From NCBI GenBank assembly GCA_040901965.1, contig JBBDYB010000012.1, positions 50,087 through 114,086 of the forward strand: a DNA stretch of 64,000 nucleotides, in the 5' to 3' direction. A program made the position numbers and the translations under genes. The notes under the pieces were generated by a model. That model made no database searches. It was given only the letters and a program-made list of their open reading frames with translations, and was not told the DNA's origin. How positions within the stretch are numbered: position 1 is the first letter of the stretch; every line of letters begins with the position of its first letter. The stretch comes from Gemmatimonadales bacterium (lineage in GTDB: Bacteria; Gemmatimonadota; Gemmatimonadetes; Gemmatimonadales; GWC2-71-9). Of the stretch, positions 21,886 through 30,632 are shown one piece after another.

Positions 21886-22829
21886 GTGGAAGCCTCCGGC
21901 TCGGGGTCGACGGCCGTCCGACCGTCCGACCGTCCGAGTTTATGCGAGAACTGAATCCAAACGACAGCCACGAGAATCATCCCCATCGCGATGAAAGTAC
22001 GGCTCGTCACGGGCTCGCGCAGCACCAGCCAACCCAGCAGGACGGCGATGACGGGATTCACGTAGGCGTACGTGCCGACGATGGTCGCGGAGGCGTGGCG
22101 CAGCGCGTAGGAGTACGCGCTGTATCCCAGGATGGATCCGAACACGACCAGATAGGCGATGGCGCCGATCCCGCGCGGGCTCAAGTGCCACGCTTGCCAT
22201 TCCCCCAGCGCGGTCCCGACGAGCGCGACGGTGGCGCCGCCGATGATCATCTGGACCGCGGCGCTCATGTAGGGGCTCGATTCCGTGGGATGCCGCTTGG
22301 CGTACACCGAGCCGAGCGACCACGAGGCGCTGGCGAACGTCAGGGCCAGAGGCCCGCGCAGGTCGGCGGCCAGGATCTCGGCGGGCGTGGCACCGACGAG
22401 CAAGACCGTGCCCAGGAAGCCGAGCAGCAGGCCCGCGATCACGCGCCAGCTCAGATCCCCCGAACCGCCCGGAATGATGGCGTCGAAGAACGCCGTCCAG
22501 ATGGCGACGGTGACGACAAAGATGCTCGCGATCCCGGAGTCGACGTATTGCTCCGCCCACACCACGAACGCGTTGCCCCCGGCGAGGAGCAGCAGGCCGA
22601 CGATCGCGAGGGTGCGCCAATCACTGCGCCGCGGGAGCCGGTCGCCAAGGGCGCGCGCGAGCACGAGCAGAATCAGTCCGGCGGCAAGGAAGCGGAGGCC
22701 CGCGAACAGAAATGGCGGCAGCTCCGTCACCCCGATCTTGATCGCGAGATACGTCGAGCCCCAGAAGATGCAGACGACCAGATAGGCGATCAGCGCCTTG
22801 CCTTTGAGCGCGGCCCCCGCGGCCCCCAT
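21882..22829 (-). CDS. EamA/DMT-family transporter
   Basis: 315 aa with ten hydrophobic helices and a duplicated EamA pattern (FWGSTYLAIKIG.., ..SLGSVYAKR..). Confidence 0.85.
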   Translation of the reverse strand: MGAAGAALKGKALIAYLVVCIFWGSTYLAIKIGVTELPPFLFAGLRFLAAGLILLVLARALGDRLPRRSDWRTLAIVGLLLLAGGNAFVVWAEQYVDSGIASIFVVTVAIWTAFFDAIIPGGSGDLSWRVIAGLLLGFLGTVLLVGATPAEILAADLRGPLALTFASASWSLGSVYAKRHPTESSPYMSAAVQMIIGGATVALVGTALGEWQAWHLSPRGIGAIAYLVVFGSILGYSAYSYALRHASATIVGTYAYVNPVIAVLLGWLVLREPVTSRTFIAMGMILVAVVWIQFSHKLGRSDGRTAVDPEPEAST

Positions 22830-23347
22830 CAGTCGGGCTCCGTGGGAATGAAGCCCGGTTTTTCGAACAGCGTCGAGAGCACGATCGTCGTGCGCGTGTT
22901 CATCTGCGGGTTGGGGCCGCGCAGATCGCGCAGGATCTCCTGCACCCCCTCCAGGTCCGACGCGACGACCTTGAGGATGTAGCAGTCGTCACCCGCCACG
23001 TGGTGACACTCGAGCACGCCGGGATGCTTTTCCATCTCGCGCATGCGCGGTTCGTCACCGACGTAGTCGCTCGAGCCATACCGCACCGCGACAAACGCCG
23101 TCACCGGCAGCCCGACCTTTGTCCGGTCGAGCTGCACGCGATAGCCGCGGATGTAGCCTGCCTCTTCGAGTCGCTTCACCCGCTCCATGATCGCCGGGCG
23201 CGAGAGCCCGACTTCATCGGCGACCGCCTGGTAGCTCGCGCGGCCATCCTGGCCGAGGATGCGGAGAATGCGGCGATCAATGGCGTCGAGCTCGGTCTTG
23301 GTGGGCATTTGGAAGGCTCTCCCGCGGATTGTCCGACTATCCGTCAC
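22829..23347 (-). CDS. Lrp/AsnC-family transcriptional regulator
   Basis: 172 aa. The HTH is LDAIDRRILRILGQDGRASYQAVADEVGLSRPAIMERVKRLEEAGYIRGY, followed by an AsnC-type ligand domain. The stop shares one nucleotide with the EamA start (TGATG). Confidence 0.9.
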   Translation of the reverse strand: MTDSRTIRGRAFQMPTKTELDAIDRRILRILGQDGRASYQAVADEVGLSRPAIMERVKRLEEAGYIRGYRVQLDRTKVGLPVTAFVAVRYGSSDYVGDEPRMREMEKHPGVLECHHVAGDDCYILKVVASDLEGVQEILRDLRGPNPQMNTRTTIVLSTLFEKPGFIPTEPD

Positions 23348-23466
23348 TAGATTGCTGTATCCATGAACGCATCATAACAATAATGAGTTCCTACCAGACA
23401 GAATATCCGGTTTCGTACTGCAAATTGTCCTTTGATTAGGACATTCCACGGGGGTAGTATTCCGCT

Positions 23467-24276
23467 ATGTCGTCTGCTTCCTCCCTCGCCGCGCTGCGTC
23501 AACTCGTCCGCAGCTATCCATCGGCCCTGCTTGGGTATTCGGGGGGGGTTGATTCGGCGCTCCTGGCCGTGGTGCTGCGCCAGGAGTTGGGGCGGGAGCG
23601 GATGCTGGCGGCGATCGGGCGGAGCCCGTCCTACCCGGAAGCGCAGTGGCGCGCCGCGCGCGAGGTCGCCGAGCGGTTCGACGTGCCCGTGCTCGAGGTG
23701 GACACGCACGAGCTCGAGGACCCCAACTACCTCGCGAACCCCACCAACCGCTGCTTCTTTTGTAAGACGGAGCTGTGGGCGCGGCTGGTCCCGCTCGCCC
23801 GCGAGCGCGGCCTCACGGTTGTGTGCGACGGAACGAACGCCGACGATCTGACGGAGCATCGGCCCGGCCGGGCGGCGGGTGTAGCGGCGGACGTGCAGTC
23901 ACCGCTCGCCGAGGCGGGACTCACCAAAGGCGAGATTCGCGCGGCGTCGCGCGCGCTCGACCTGCCGACCTGGGATGCGCCTGCGGCGCCGTGCCTGTCG
24001 AGCCGCGTGCAGTACGGCCTGTCCATTACGCCGGCACGCCTGCACCAGGTCGAGGAAGCCGAGGCGTACCTGCGCGCGCTCGGCGTGCGCGGCGACTTGC
24101 GCGTGCGCCACCACGGCGCTGCCGCGCGCCTCGAGGTTGAGCCCCCTTGGATCCCCTGGGTGGAGGACCGGCGCGCGGCGATTACCGCGCGGCTCACCGC
24201 TCTTGGCTTCGCGCGGATCGACATCGACCCGCGCGGCTACCGCCGGGGGAGCCTGTTAGAGCCTTCGTCGCCCTGA
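23467..24276 (+). CDS. PP-loop ATP pyrophosphatase, LarE-like (ATP-dependent sacrificial sulfur transferase family)
   Basis: 269 aa with the PP-loop LLGYSGGVDSALLAV, NRCFFCKTELW and GTNADDL. This matches the TIGR00268/LarE-type pattern. No larA/B/C is seen in the window. Confidence 0.8.
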   Translation: MSSASSLAALRQLVRSYPSALLGYSGGVDSALLAVVLRQELGRERMLAAIGRSPSYPEAQWRAAREVAERFDVPVLEVDTHELEDPNYLANPTNRCFFCKTELWARLVPLARERGLTVVCDGTNADDLTEHRPGRAAGVAADVQSPLAEAGLTKGEIRAASRALDLPTWDAPAAPCLSSRVQYGLSITPARLHQVEEAEAYLRALGVRGDLRVRHHGAAARLEVEPPWIPWVEDRRAAITARLTALGFARIDIDPRGYRRGSLLEPSSP

Positions 24277-24824
24277 ACTTCCCCGAGGCTCTCCGCTCGC
24301 GCCTCGCGGGCGCGACCAATCACCTACATGACAGGTTTCCATTCAAGTGGGTACGGGCCGACAATATTCACCTCAGCCTCAAGTTCCTGGGCGAGGTGGA
24401 CGATGCGCGCGAGCCCGAGCTGCGCGCGGCGCTCAAGCAGGCGGCGGGCTCCGGCAGCGAAGCGCGGGCAATCACAGTCCGCATCGAAGGGTTCGGCGTG
24501 TTCCCCGACTATCACCGGCCGCGGGTGCTCTGGGCCGGCGTCGCACCCGATCCGGCCGTCGAGCTGTTGCAACACGGCGTTGAGCAGGCGTTCGCGCCGC
24601 TCGGCTTTCTGACCGAGGCGCGCGCGTTCCGGCCACACGTCACGTTGGGGCGCGCCGCTCGGGATGCGCGGCCACGCGATTTCGCGGGCCTTGCAGAAGC
24701 CCTCGCGGGACTGGAATTCGCCGCCACGGTGACCGCAGCGGACGTGGACCTGATGCAGAGCACGCTTCAACCGAGTGGGGGTGGCTCGGTGTATCAACGG
24801 AAACACCATGAACGGCTGTCTTAA
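24147..24824 (+). CDS. thpR: RNA 2',3'-cyclic phosphodiesterase (2H phosphoesterase, LigT/ThpR)
   Basis: Two HxT/S motifs (NIHLSLKFLG and RPHVTLGRA) and an N-terminal strand RAFVALNF. The only in-frame start upstream of that strand is TTG 24147, 130 nt inside the LarE-like gene, so the true start is uncertain. Confidence 0.8.
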   Translation: MDPLGGGPARGDYRAAHRSWLRADRHRPARLPPGEPVRAFVALNFPEALRSRLAGATNHLHDRFPFKWVRADNIHLSLKFLGEVDDAREPELRAALKQAAGSGSEARAITVRIEGFGVFPDYHRPRVLWAGVAPDPAVELLQHGVEQAFAPLGFLTEARAFRPHVTLGRAARDARPRDFAGLAEALAGLEFAATVTAADVDLMQSTLQPSGGGSVYQRKHHERLS

Positions 24825-25473
24825 GGGGATCTTTAAGCTCGGCTGTCTCGCCGCCGTGGTGGGCGCGCTGGCGCTCGCGTGGTGGTTCCGTGAGCCGATC
24901 CTGCGTACCGGGGCTCGCTGGTTCGGCGGCTCCCAGGCGCTGCCGCCCGTCGCCGACACGGCCGTCGGCGCGCCGACGCCGGCCGCGACGGCGTCGGGGA
25001 AAGCGAAACTCGCCAGTCTCGGGACCGCCGGCGGGCCCGACTCGGTGGTGCTGACGCCGAATGAGATGGCATCGCTCATCGGCTCCGGCATCGATTGGAA
25101 CGTGCGCAAGATGTACGATTCGTTGCGCGTGGAATTGCGGGAAGGAGAGCTCGTGCTGCACGCGCGCCTCGATACGCGCGCCCTGCCACCCGGCGCCCTC
25201 GGACCGCTCGCCGGCGTGGTCGGGCCCCGGGAGCCGTTGCAGCTGGGCGGGACGCTGACGATCGAGCGGCCCGGCACCGCCCGCTTCATGATTCGTGAGA
25301 TCAGCCTGCGCGGCATTGCCTTCCCTGGTCCGGCGGTGCGATCCGTCGCGCGCCAGATGGCCGGCGCATCGCCTGATGGAGCCATTCCTCTGAAAGTGGA
25401 TCCCGCCGTGTCCGACATCGCGATCCACCCGACCGGCGTGGTGCTCTACCGAAGCCGGAGGGGAGGCCGGTGA
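24808..25473 (+). CDS. hypothetical membrane-anchored protein
   Basis: ATG 24808 gives MNGCLKGIFKLGCLAAVVGALALAWWF, a single N-terminal TM helix. The stop overlaps the response-regulator start (GTGA at 25470). I recognise no family. Confidence 0.55.
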   Translation: MNGCLKGIFKLGCLAAVVGALALAWWFREPILRTGARWFGGSQALPPVADTAVGAPTPAATASGKAKLASLGTAGGPDSVVLTPNEMASLIGSGIDWNVRKMYDSLRVELREGELVLHARLDTRALPPGALGPLAGVVGPREPLQLGGTLTIERPGTARFMIREISLRGIAFPGPAVRSVARQMAGASPDGAIPLKVDPAVSDIAIHPTGVVLYRSRRGGR

Positions 25474-26879
25474 GCGCCCGCCGCGTCTTGATCGTGGACG
25501 ACGAGAAGGGGATCCGCGAGGCGCTGAAGCAGGTCCTCGAGTACGAAGAGATCGAGGTGCAGGCCTGCGGCTCGGGCCATGAAGCGACCCGGGTGTACCC
25601 CGAATTCCAGCCTCACCTGGTCTTCCTCGATGTGAAGATGGAAGGGATGGATGGGCTCGAGACCCTGAAACGCTTGCGCGAGCTCGACCCGCAGGCGCAG
25701 ATCGTGATGATCTCCGGCCACGGCACGATCCAAACTGCCGTGGAGGCGACCCAGCTCGGCGCCTACGATTTCCTCGAAAAGCCGCTCGATACCGATCGGA
25801 TCCTGCTCACGCTCCGCAACGCGCTGCAGCACGTCGTGCTGGTGAGCGAGAACGTGCGCTTGAAGCAGGAAGTGCGCGCGCAGTACGAAATCGTGGGCTC
25901 GAGCAAGGCGATCCGCCATGTGATCGGCTTGCTCGAGAAGGTCGCGCCCACGCCGGCGCGCGTGCTCATCACAGGTGAGAACGGGACTGGGAAAGAGCTG
26001 GTGGCGCGCGCCATTCACGCGCTCAGTCCCCGGGCCGCAGGTCCGTTCGTCGAAGTCAACTGCGCGGCGATCCCCACGGAGCTGATCGAGAGCGAGCTGT
26101 TCGGGCACATGAAGGGCAGCTTCACGGGCGCCTTCGCCGACCGCGCTGGCAAATTCGAGCTTGCCGACGGCGGCACGCTGTTTCTCGACGAAGTCGGCGA
26201 CATGAGCCTCTCGGCCCAGGCCAAGGTGCTGCGCGCGCTTCAGGAAGGCGTGATCTCGCGCGTCGGGTCCGGCAAGGCGCTCCCGGTGGACGTGCGGGTC
26301 ATCGCCGCGACCAACAAACACCTCGACCAGGAGATCCGCGAGAGCCGGTTCCGCGAAGACCTGCTGTACCGGCTCAACGTGGTGCCGATTCACGTGCCGC
26401 CGCTACGCGAACGCCGTGGCGATATTTCCCAGCTGGTCGCGCATTTCGCCGCCGAGCTGACCCGGCAGGGCGGTCTGCCTCCGAAAGAGATCGAGCCTGC
26501 CGCCCTCGAGCGGCTGACGGCGCACGCCTGGCCCGGCAACATTCGCGAGCTCAAGAACGCCGTCGAGCGGCTGCTGATTCTCGCAGGCGGTCCCACCGTG
26601 TCCCAGGCCGATGTTGAACGGTTAGTGGGGAGGGAGGACGGCGTACGGAGGGGGGGGACCGGTGGGAGCGGAGCGCCGGGGGGGGGGGAGGATGCAACTT
26701 GGATGCACGCCGCAACGTTTGAGGAGTTTAAGCAGGCGGCCGAGCGGGCGTTCCTGCTCGGCAAGCTGCAGGAGCACGACTGGAACGTCTCGGAGACTGC
26801 GCGCACATTGCAGATGCCGCGCAGCAACCTGTACAAAAAGATCGAGCGATACGGCCTGGCCCGGGGAGGGGAGTCCTAG
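25470..26879 (+). CDS. sigma-54-dependent response regulator (NtrC/NtrX family: REC-AAA+-Fis HTH)
   Basis: REC domain [15 protein letters not shown]...[15 protein letters not shown]. Walker [24 protein letters not shown]-like [15 protein letters not shown]-terminal [27 protein letters not shown]. The linker contains the G8 and G11 tracts. Confidence 0.93.
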   Translation: MSARRVLIVDDEKGIREALKQVLEYEEIEVQACGSGHEATRVYPEFQPHLVFLDVKMEGMDGLETLKRLRELDPQAQIVMISGHGTIQTAVEATQLGAYDFLEKPLDTDRILLTLRNALQHVVLVSENVRLKQEVRAQYEIVGSSKAIRHVIGLLEKVAPTPARVLITGENGTGKELVARAIHALSPRAAGPFVEVNCAAIPTELIESELFGHMKGSFTGAFADRAGKFELADGGTLFLDEVGDMSLSAQAKVLRALQEGVISRVGSGKALPVDVRVIAATNKHLDQEIRESRFREDLLYRLNVVPIHVPPLRERRGDISQLVAHFAAELTRQGGLPPKEIEPAALERLTAHAWPGNIRELKNAVERLLILAGGPTVSQADVERLVGREDGVRRGGTGGSGAPGGGEDATWMHAATFEEFKQAAERAFLLGKLQEHDWNVSETARTLQMPRSNLYKKIERYGLARGGES

Positions 26880-27379
26880 TGGCGGAAAAAGAGAAAGAGC
26901 GGGACTGGGATCGCGAGATGCGCGAAGTGGACAAGCTGCTCGCCAAGCTGCCGGACGCCGATCCGACACTCGGGCGCGCGCCGGCGCGGGGCGGTGCGGG
27001 AGCAGCGCCGGGCGGCGTTCCGACCATCCGCACGACGCCGTACGCTCCGGGTCGTCGCGGCCCCGCCACCACCTGGCTGCGTCTGAGCCTCGCCTTGCTG
27101 CTCGGCGTCGGCCTGCTCGTGTGGCCGTACTCGCACGTCTGCGGAGTCAAACTCCTCTTCTATATCCTGGGGATTGTCATGCTCATCGTGGCGGGCGTGT
27201 GGAGCGCGTTTTCGTCCTGGAAGCACCACCAAGGCTTCGCACACCTCCTGTCGCTCACACTGGTGTGGTGGGGCCTCACGCTCGCGGCGGCGGTCGTACT
27301 TCCTCGCGCCGGGTATGCCGGCCAACGGGCGATTTGGTTGTGCCCTGAACCTTCCGTGCAATCGACACCCAACAACTGA
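26879..27379 (+). CDS. hypothetical 3-TM membrane protein
   Basis: 166 aa with a charged N-terminus (MAEKEKERDWDREMREVDKLL) followed by three hydrophobic helices. The GTG start overlaps the regulator stop (TAGTG). Confidence 0.55.
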   Translation: MAEKEKERDWDREMREVDKLLAKLPDADPTLGRAPARGGAGAAPGGVPTIRTTPYAPGRRGPATTWLRLSLALLLGVGLLVWPYSHVCGVKLLFYILGIVMLIVAGVWSAFSSWKHHQGFAHLLSLTLVWWGLTLAAAVVLPRAGYAGQRAIWLCPEPSVQSTPNN

Positions 27380-27385
27380 GGGCGG

Positions 27386-28882
27386 ATGGCTGAGACGTTC
27401 AAGAATTTCATTGCCGGCGAGTGGCTCGCGCCCTCCACGGGTGATTACTTCGACAACCGCAACCCAGCCGACTGGAACGACGTGATCGGGCGGTTCCCGC
27501 GCTCGGGGCCCGACGACCTGAAGCGGGCGATCGCATCGGCCCAGCGCGGGTTCACCCAATGGTCGCAGACGCCGGCGCCGATCCGCGGCCAGGTGCTGTT
27601 GCGGGTGGGGCAGCTGCTGGTCGAGCGCAAGGAAGAGATTGCGCGCGCCATGACGCGCGAGATGGGCAAGGTGCTCGCCGAAACGCGCGGTGACGTGCAG
27701 GAGGGAATCGATACCGCGTTCTATGCCGCCACGGAGGGCCGGCGGCTGTTCGGCCGCGTGGTACCGTCCGAGCTGCGCAACAAGTGGGCGATGAGCTACC
27801 GCCGCCCGATCGGCATCGCGGGCTTGATCACGCCCTTCAACTTCCCGCTCGCGATCCCCACGTGGAAGATGTTTCCCGCGCTGCTGTGCGGGAACGCGGT
27901 GATCTTCAAGCCCGCCGAAGACGTGCCCCATACCGGGCATCTTCTGGTCGAGGTGCTGCTCGCGGCGGGACTCCCGCCGGACGTCGTGCAGCTCGTGCAT
28001 GGCCAGGGGTCGGTCGTGGGGCGCGCGCTCGTGGAGCATCCCGACGTGCCCGTGATCTCGTTCACCGGTTCGACCGAAACCGGCTCGATGATCGGCGCGA
28101 CCTGCGGCAAGATGCACAAGCGGCTGTCGCTCGAGATGGGCGGCAAGAACGCGATGATGGTGATGGACGACGCCGATCTCGATCTCGCGCTCGAGGGCGC
28201 CCTGTGGGGCGCGTTCGGCACGACCGGCCAGCGCTGCACGGCCACGAGCCGTCTGGTCCTGCACGAGAAAATCCACGACCGCTTCCTTCAGATGGTTTGC
28301 GATCGCGCGAAGCAGTTGCGGCTGGGGCCCGGCCTCGATGACAAAACCGAGGTGGGACCGCTGATCCACGAGGCGGCGCGGCAGAAGGCGGCCGAGTACG
28401 TGGACATCGCCAAGAAAGAGGGCGCCACGGTCGCGATCGGCGGCCGGATCCCCCAGGGAGACAAGCGGCTCGAGTGCGGCTGGTTCTACGAGCCGACGGT
28501 GCTCGCCGGCGTGAAGCCGGGGATGCGCGTCGAGCAAGAAGAAATCTTTGGGCCGGTCCTCGCGGTCCTCAAGGCCAAAGATTTGGACGAGGCGATCCGC
28601 ATCAACAACGACGTGAAGTACGGGCTGTCGAGCTCGCTCTACACGCGCGACATCAACGGGGCGTTCCGGTCCATGGTGGATCTCGAGACGGGGATCACGT
28701 ACGTGAATGCGCCGACGATCGGCGCGGAGGCCCACCTCCCCTTTGGTGGCGTGAAGCAAACCGGCAACGGCCATCGCGAAGGGGGGTGGGAGGTCTACGA
28801 CTTCTACTCCGAGACCAAGACGATCTACGTCGACTACTCGGGGACGCTGCAGCGGGCGCAGATCGATACCTACACGGAGTGA
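27386..28882 (+). CDS. NAD(P)-dependent aldehyde dehydrogenase
   Basis: 498 aa with FKPAEDVPHTG, LEMGGKNAMMV (catalytic Glu), GQRCTATSRLVLH (catalytic Cys) and EEIFGPVLAV. Its last ~180 nt recur in diverged form at 32496-32678. Confidence 0.93.
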   Translation: MAETFKNFIAGEWLAPSTGDYFDNRNPADWNDVIGRFPRSGPDDLKRAIASAQRGFTQWSQTPAPIRGQVLLRVGQLLVERKEEIARAMTREMGKVLAETRGDVQEGIDTAFYAATEGRRLFGRVVPSELRNKWAMSYRRPIGIAGLITPFNFPLAIPTWKMFPALLCGNAVIFKPAEDVPHTGHLLVEVLLAAGLPPDVVQLVHGQGSVVGRALVEHPDVPVISFTGSTETGSMIGATCGKMHKRLSLEMGGKNAMMVMDDADLDLALEGALWGAFGTTGQRCTATSRLVLHEKIHDRFLQMVCDRAKQLRLGPGLDDKTEVGPLIHEAARQKAAEYVDIAKKEGATVAIGGRIPQGDKRLECGWFYEPTVLAGVKPGMRVEQEEIFGPVLAVLKAKDLDEAIRINNDVKYGLSSSLYTRDINGAFRSMVDLETGITYVNAPTIGAEAHLPFGGVKQTGNGHREGGWEVYDFYSETKTIYVDYSGTLQRAQIDTYTE

Positions 28883-28961
28883 GCGTCCGTAGCGCGGTTG
28901 ATGATGGGTTGACGGATTGGTCCCAGCTTCTTCCCCGTCCCGGCCGTCAAGGGGAAATGAT

Positions 28962-29519
28962 ATGTTTCCCGATGTGAAGACCACTCCTCCCCTGACTGCG
29001 GCGGACGTCGAGCGGATCTCGCTCCCCGGAAAGCAGGTCGAGCTGGTCCGGGGACAGTTGATTGTCCGCGAGCCTCCCGGCACCCATCACGGGGCCATCG
29101 CCGCGAACCTGGCGTATTACCTCGGCGACTTCGTGCGGAGCCACGGGTTGGGTAGAGTATTCGCTCAGGACACCGGGTTCAAGATCGCCTCCGATCCGGA
29201 CACCGTTCGGGCGCCCGACGTCGCGTTCGTCGGGGGGGAGCGGGTCGACCAGATCCCGCGGCGCGGCTACGCCGAGCTGGCGCCCGACCTCTTGGCGGAG
29301 GTTCTCTCGCCGGACGATCGCCCCGGCGAGGTGCTCGCCAAGGTCGCCGACTGGCTCGGCGCGGGCACGAAGCTCGTGTGGGTGGTGGATCCGGAGCGCT
29401 CCGAGGTCCGCGTCTACCGCCAGGACGGGAGCCTCGCCGTGTTACGGGGCAACGACTCCCTCGCCGGCGAGGACATTCTGCCGGGCTTCACCTGCCCCTT
29501 AGTGCAGGTCTTCACCTGA
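28962..29519 (+). CDS. Uma2-family (DUF820) putative endonuclease
   Basis: ATG 28962 gives MFPDVKTT.. The PD-(D/E)xK-like pattern typical of Uma2 is present: HHGAIAANL, RAPDVAFV, PDLLAEVLSP and VWVVDPE. Confidence 0.8.
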   Translation: MFPDVKTTPPLTAADVERISLPGKQVELVRGQLIVREPPGTHHGAIAANLAYYLGDFVRSHGLGRVFAQDTGFKIASDPDTVRAPDVAFVGGERVDQIPRRGYAELAPDLLAEVLSPDDRPGEVLAKVADWLGAGTKLVWVVDPERSEVRVYRQDGSLAVLRGNDSLAGEDILPGFTCPLVQVFT

Positions 29520-29544
29520 CACCCGGGGAACACCGCGACTGGCA

Positions 29545-29573
29545 TTGACCAATTTGGTCAAATCTGTTAGACT
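29545..29573 (+). promoter_or_regulatory. sigma-70-type promoter with embedded palindromic operator for phd-vapC
   Basis: TTGACC (29545-50), 17 nt, TAGACT (29568-73); the ATG follows 8 nt later. The -35 element is the left arm of a perfect inverted repeat TTGACCAA-T-TTGGTCAA (29545-29561). Confidence 0.5.
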
Positions 29574-29581
29574 CGGCGCTC

Positions 29582-29860
29582 ATGGCCCATCACAAGAAGA
29601 CTCGGCTGCCGCGCGAGGCCGTGAGCCTGTACGAGGCGAAGACCCATCTCTCCGAGCTGGTCGAGCAAGCCGCGCAGGGGCGGGAGATCATCATCGCCAA
29701 GTTCGGGAAGCCCAAGGCCCGGTTGGTCCCGCTCGCGCCCAAGGACACGCGCCACCTGCGGAAGCCCGGTAGAGGGAAGGGCAGGGGCTGGATCGCGCCC
29801 GATTTCGATGCGCCGTTGCCTCCCGAGGTGCTGCGGTTGTTCACTGGGGAATCCGGGTGA
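29582..29860 (+). CDS. Phd/YefM-family type II antitoxin
   Basis: 92 aa: AVSLYEAKTHLSELVEQAAQGREIIIAKFGKPKARLVPL is the typical prevent-host-death N-domain. 4-nt overlap with the PIN toxin gene. Confidence 0.85.
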   Translation: MAHHKKTRLPREAVSLYEAKTHLSELVEQAAQGREIIIAKFGKPKARLVPLAPKDTRHLRKPGRGKGRGWIAPDFDAPLPPEVLRLFTGESG

Positions 29861-30225
29861 GGCTGCTGCTCGACACGAATGCGCTGGTCCGGTGGCACCT
29901 GGGGAAGCTTCGGCCCGCTGCGGTTCGCACCCTGCAGCGGGCCGAGCTTGTCGCCGTGAGCGCAGTCAGCGCCTGGGAGATCGCGGTCAAGCGGGCGCTG
30001 GGCAAGTTGGACCTCAAGGACACCGTCGAACAGATCGTCGCGCGCTACGGGTTTCTCCCCCTGCCGGCGACGGTGCGACATGGCGATTTGTTGCGTGATC
30101 TACCGCTGCATCACGCCGACCCGTTCGACCGTCTGCTCATCGCGCAGGCGTTGGACGAAGGGCTCACGATCCTGACGTCGGATCGCGCCTTCGAGCCGTA
30201 TCGGGTGCCGGTGGTGTGGGTCTGA
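29857..30225 (+). CDS. vapC: PIN-domain toxin VapC
   Basis: 122 aa: MRLLLDTNALV (first acidic residue), SAVSAWEIAVK, and HHADPFDRLLIAQAL (conserved Asp). Confidence 0.88.
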   Translation: MRLLLDTNALVRWHLGKLRPAAVRTLQRAELVAVSAVSAWEIAVKRALGKLDLKDTVEQIVARYGFLPLPATVRHGDLLRDLPLHHADPFDRLLIAQALDEGLTILTSDRAFEPYRVPVVWV

Positions 30226-30389
30226 GGAGACGTTGGGCTGCGTCATTGCGCGCCATGATGCGAGGAACTGGTACGCGGGGTCGAGCGGCGATCGGCTAGA
30301 ATCGGCCCATGCCAGGCTCTGGCGTGCGACCCCTCCCGCCCCCGACGCCCCGGATGTATCGTCAATGTAGATACCGACCGGGAGGTGGC

Positions 30390-30632
30390 ATGCGCGTCCG
30401 CGTCCAGAAGTGGGGCAACAGCCTCGCCATTCGCATCCCCAAGCCGTTCGCCGCCGAGGCGGGTGTCTTGCAAGGCGGAGAAGTGGAACTGGCCGTCTCG
30501 CGTGGCCGGCTGGTCGTCGCACCTCTTGCTGCCCCGCGGTATCGCTTGCGGGAGTTGCTGGCCGCCGTCACCGCGTCGAACCGGCACGGCGAGGCGGACT
30601 TCGGCGGCCGCGTCGGTCGCGAGATCTGGTAG
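30390..30632 (+). CDS. mazE: MazE/AbrB-family antitoxin
   Basis: MRVRVQKWGNSLAIRIPKPFAAEAG...REIW aligns by eye with E. coli MazE (VKRWGNSPAVRIP...EVW). GGAGGTG lies 2 nt upstream of the ATG. Confidence 0.88.
   Translation: MRVRVQKWGNSLAIRIPKPFAAEAGVLQGGEVELAVSRGRLVVAPLAAPRYRLRELLAAVTASNRHGEADFGGRVGREIW

Noticed and set aside
26876-29083. 735-aa minus-strand ORF spanning the response-regulator, membrane-protein and aldehyde dehydrogenase genes.
   Set aside because: It lies antisense to three well-supported genes. The protein is Arg/Pro/Gly/His-rich with no recognisable motifs, which is typical of a shadow ORF in a very GC-rich genome.
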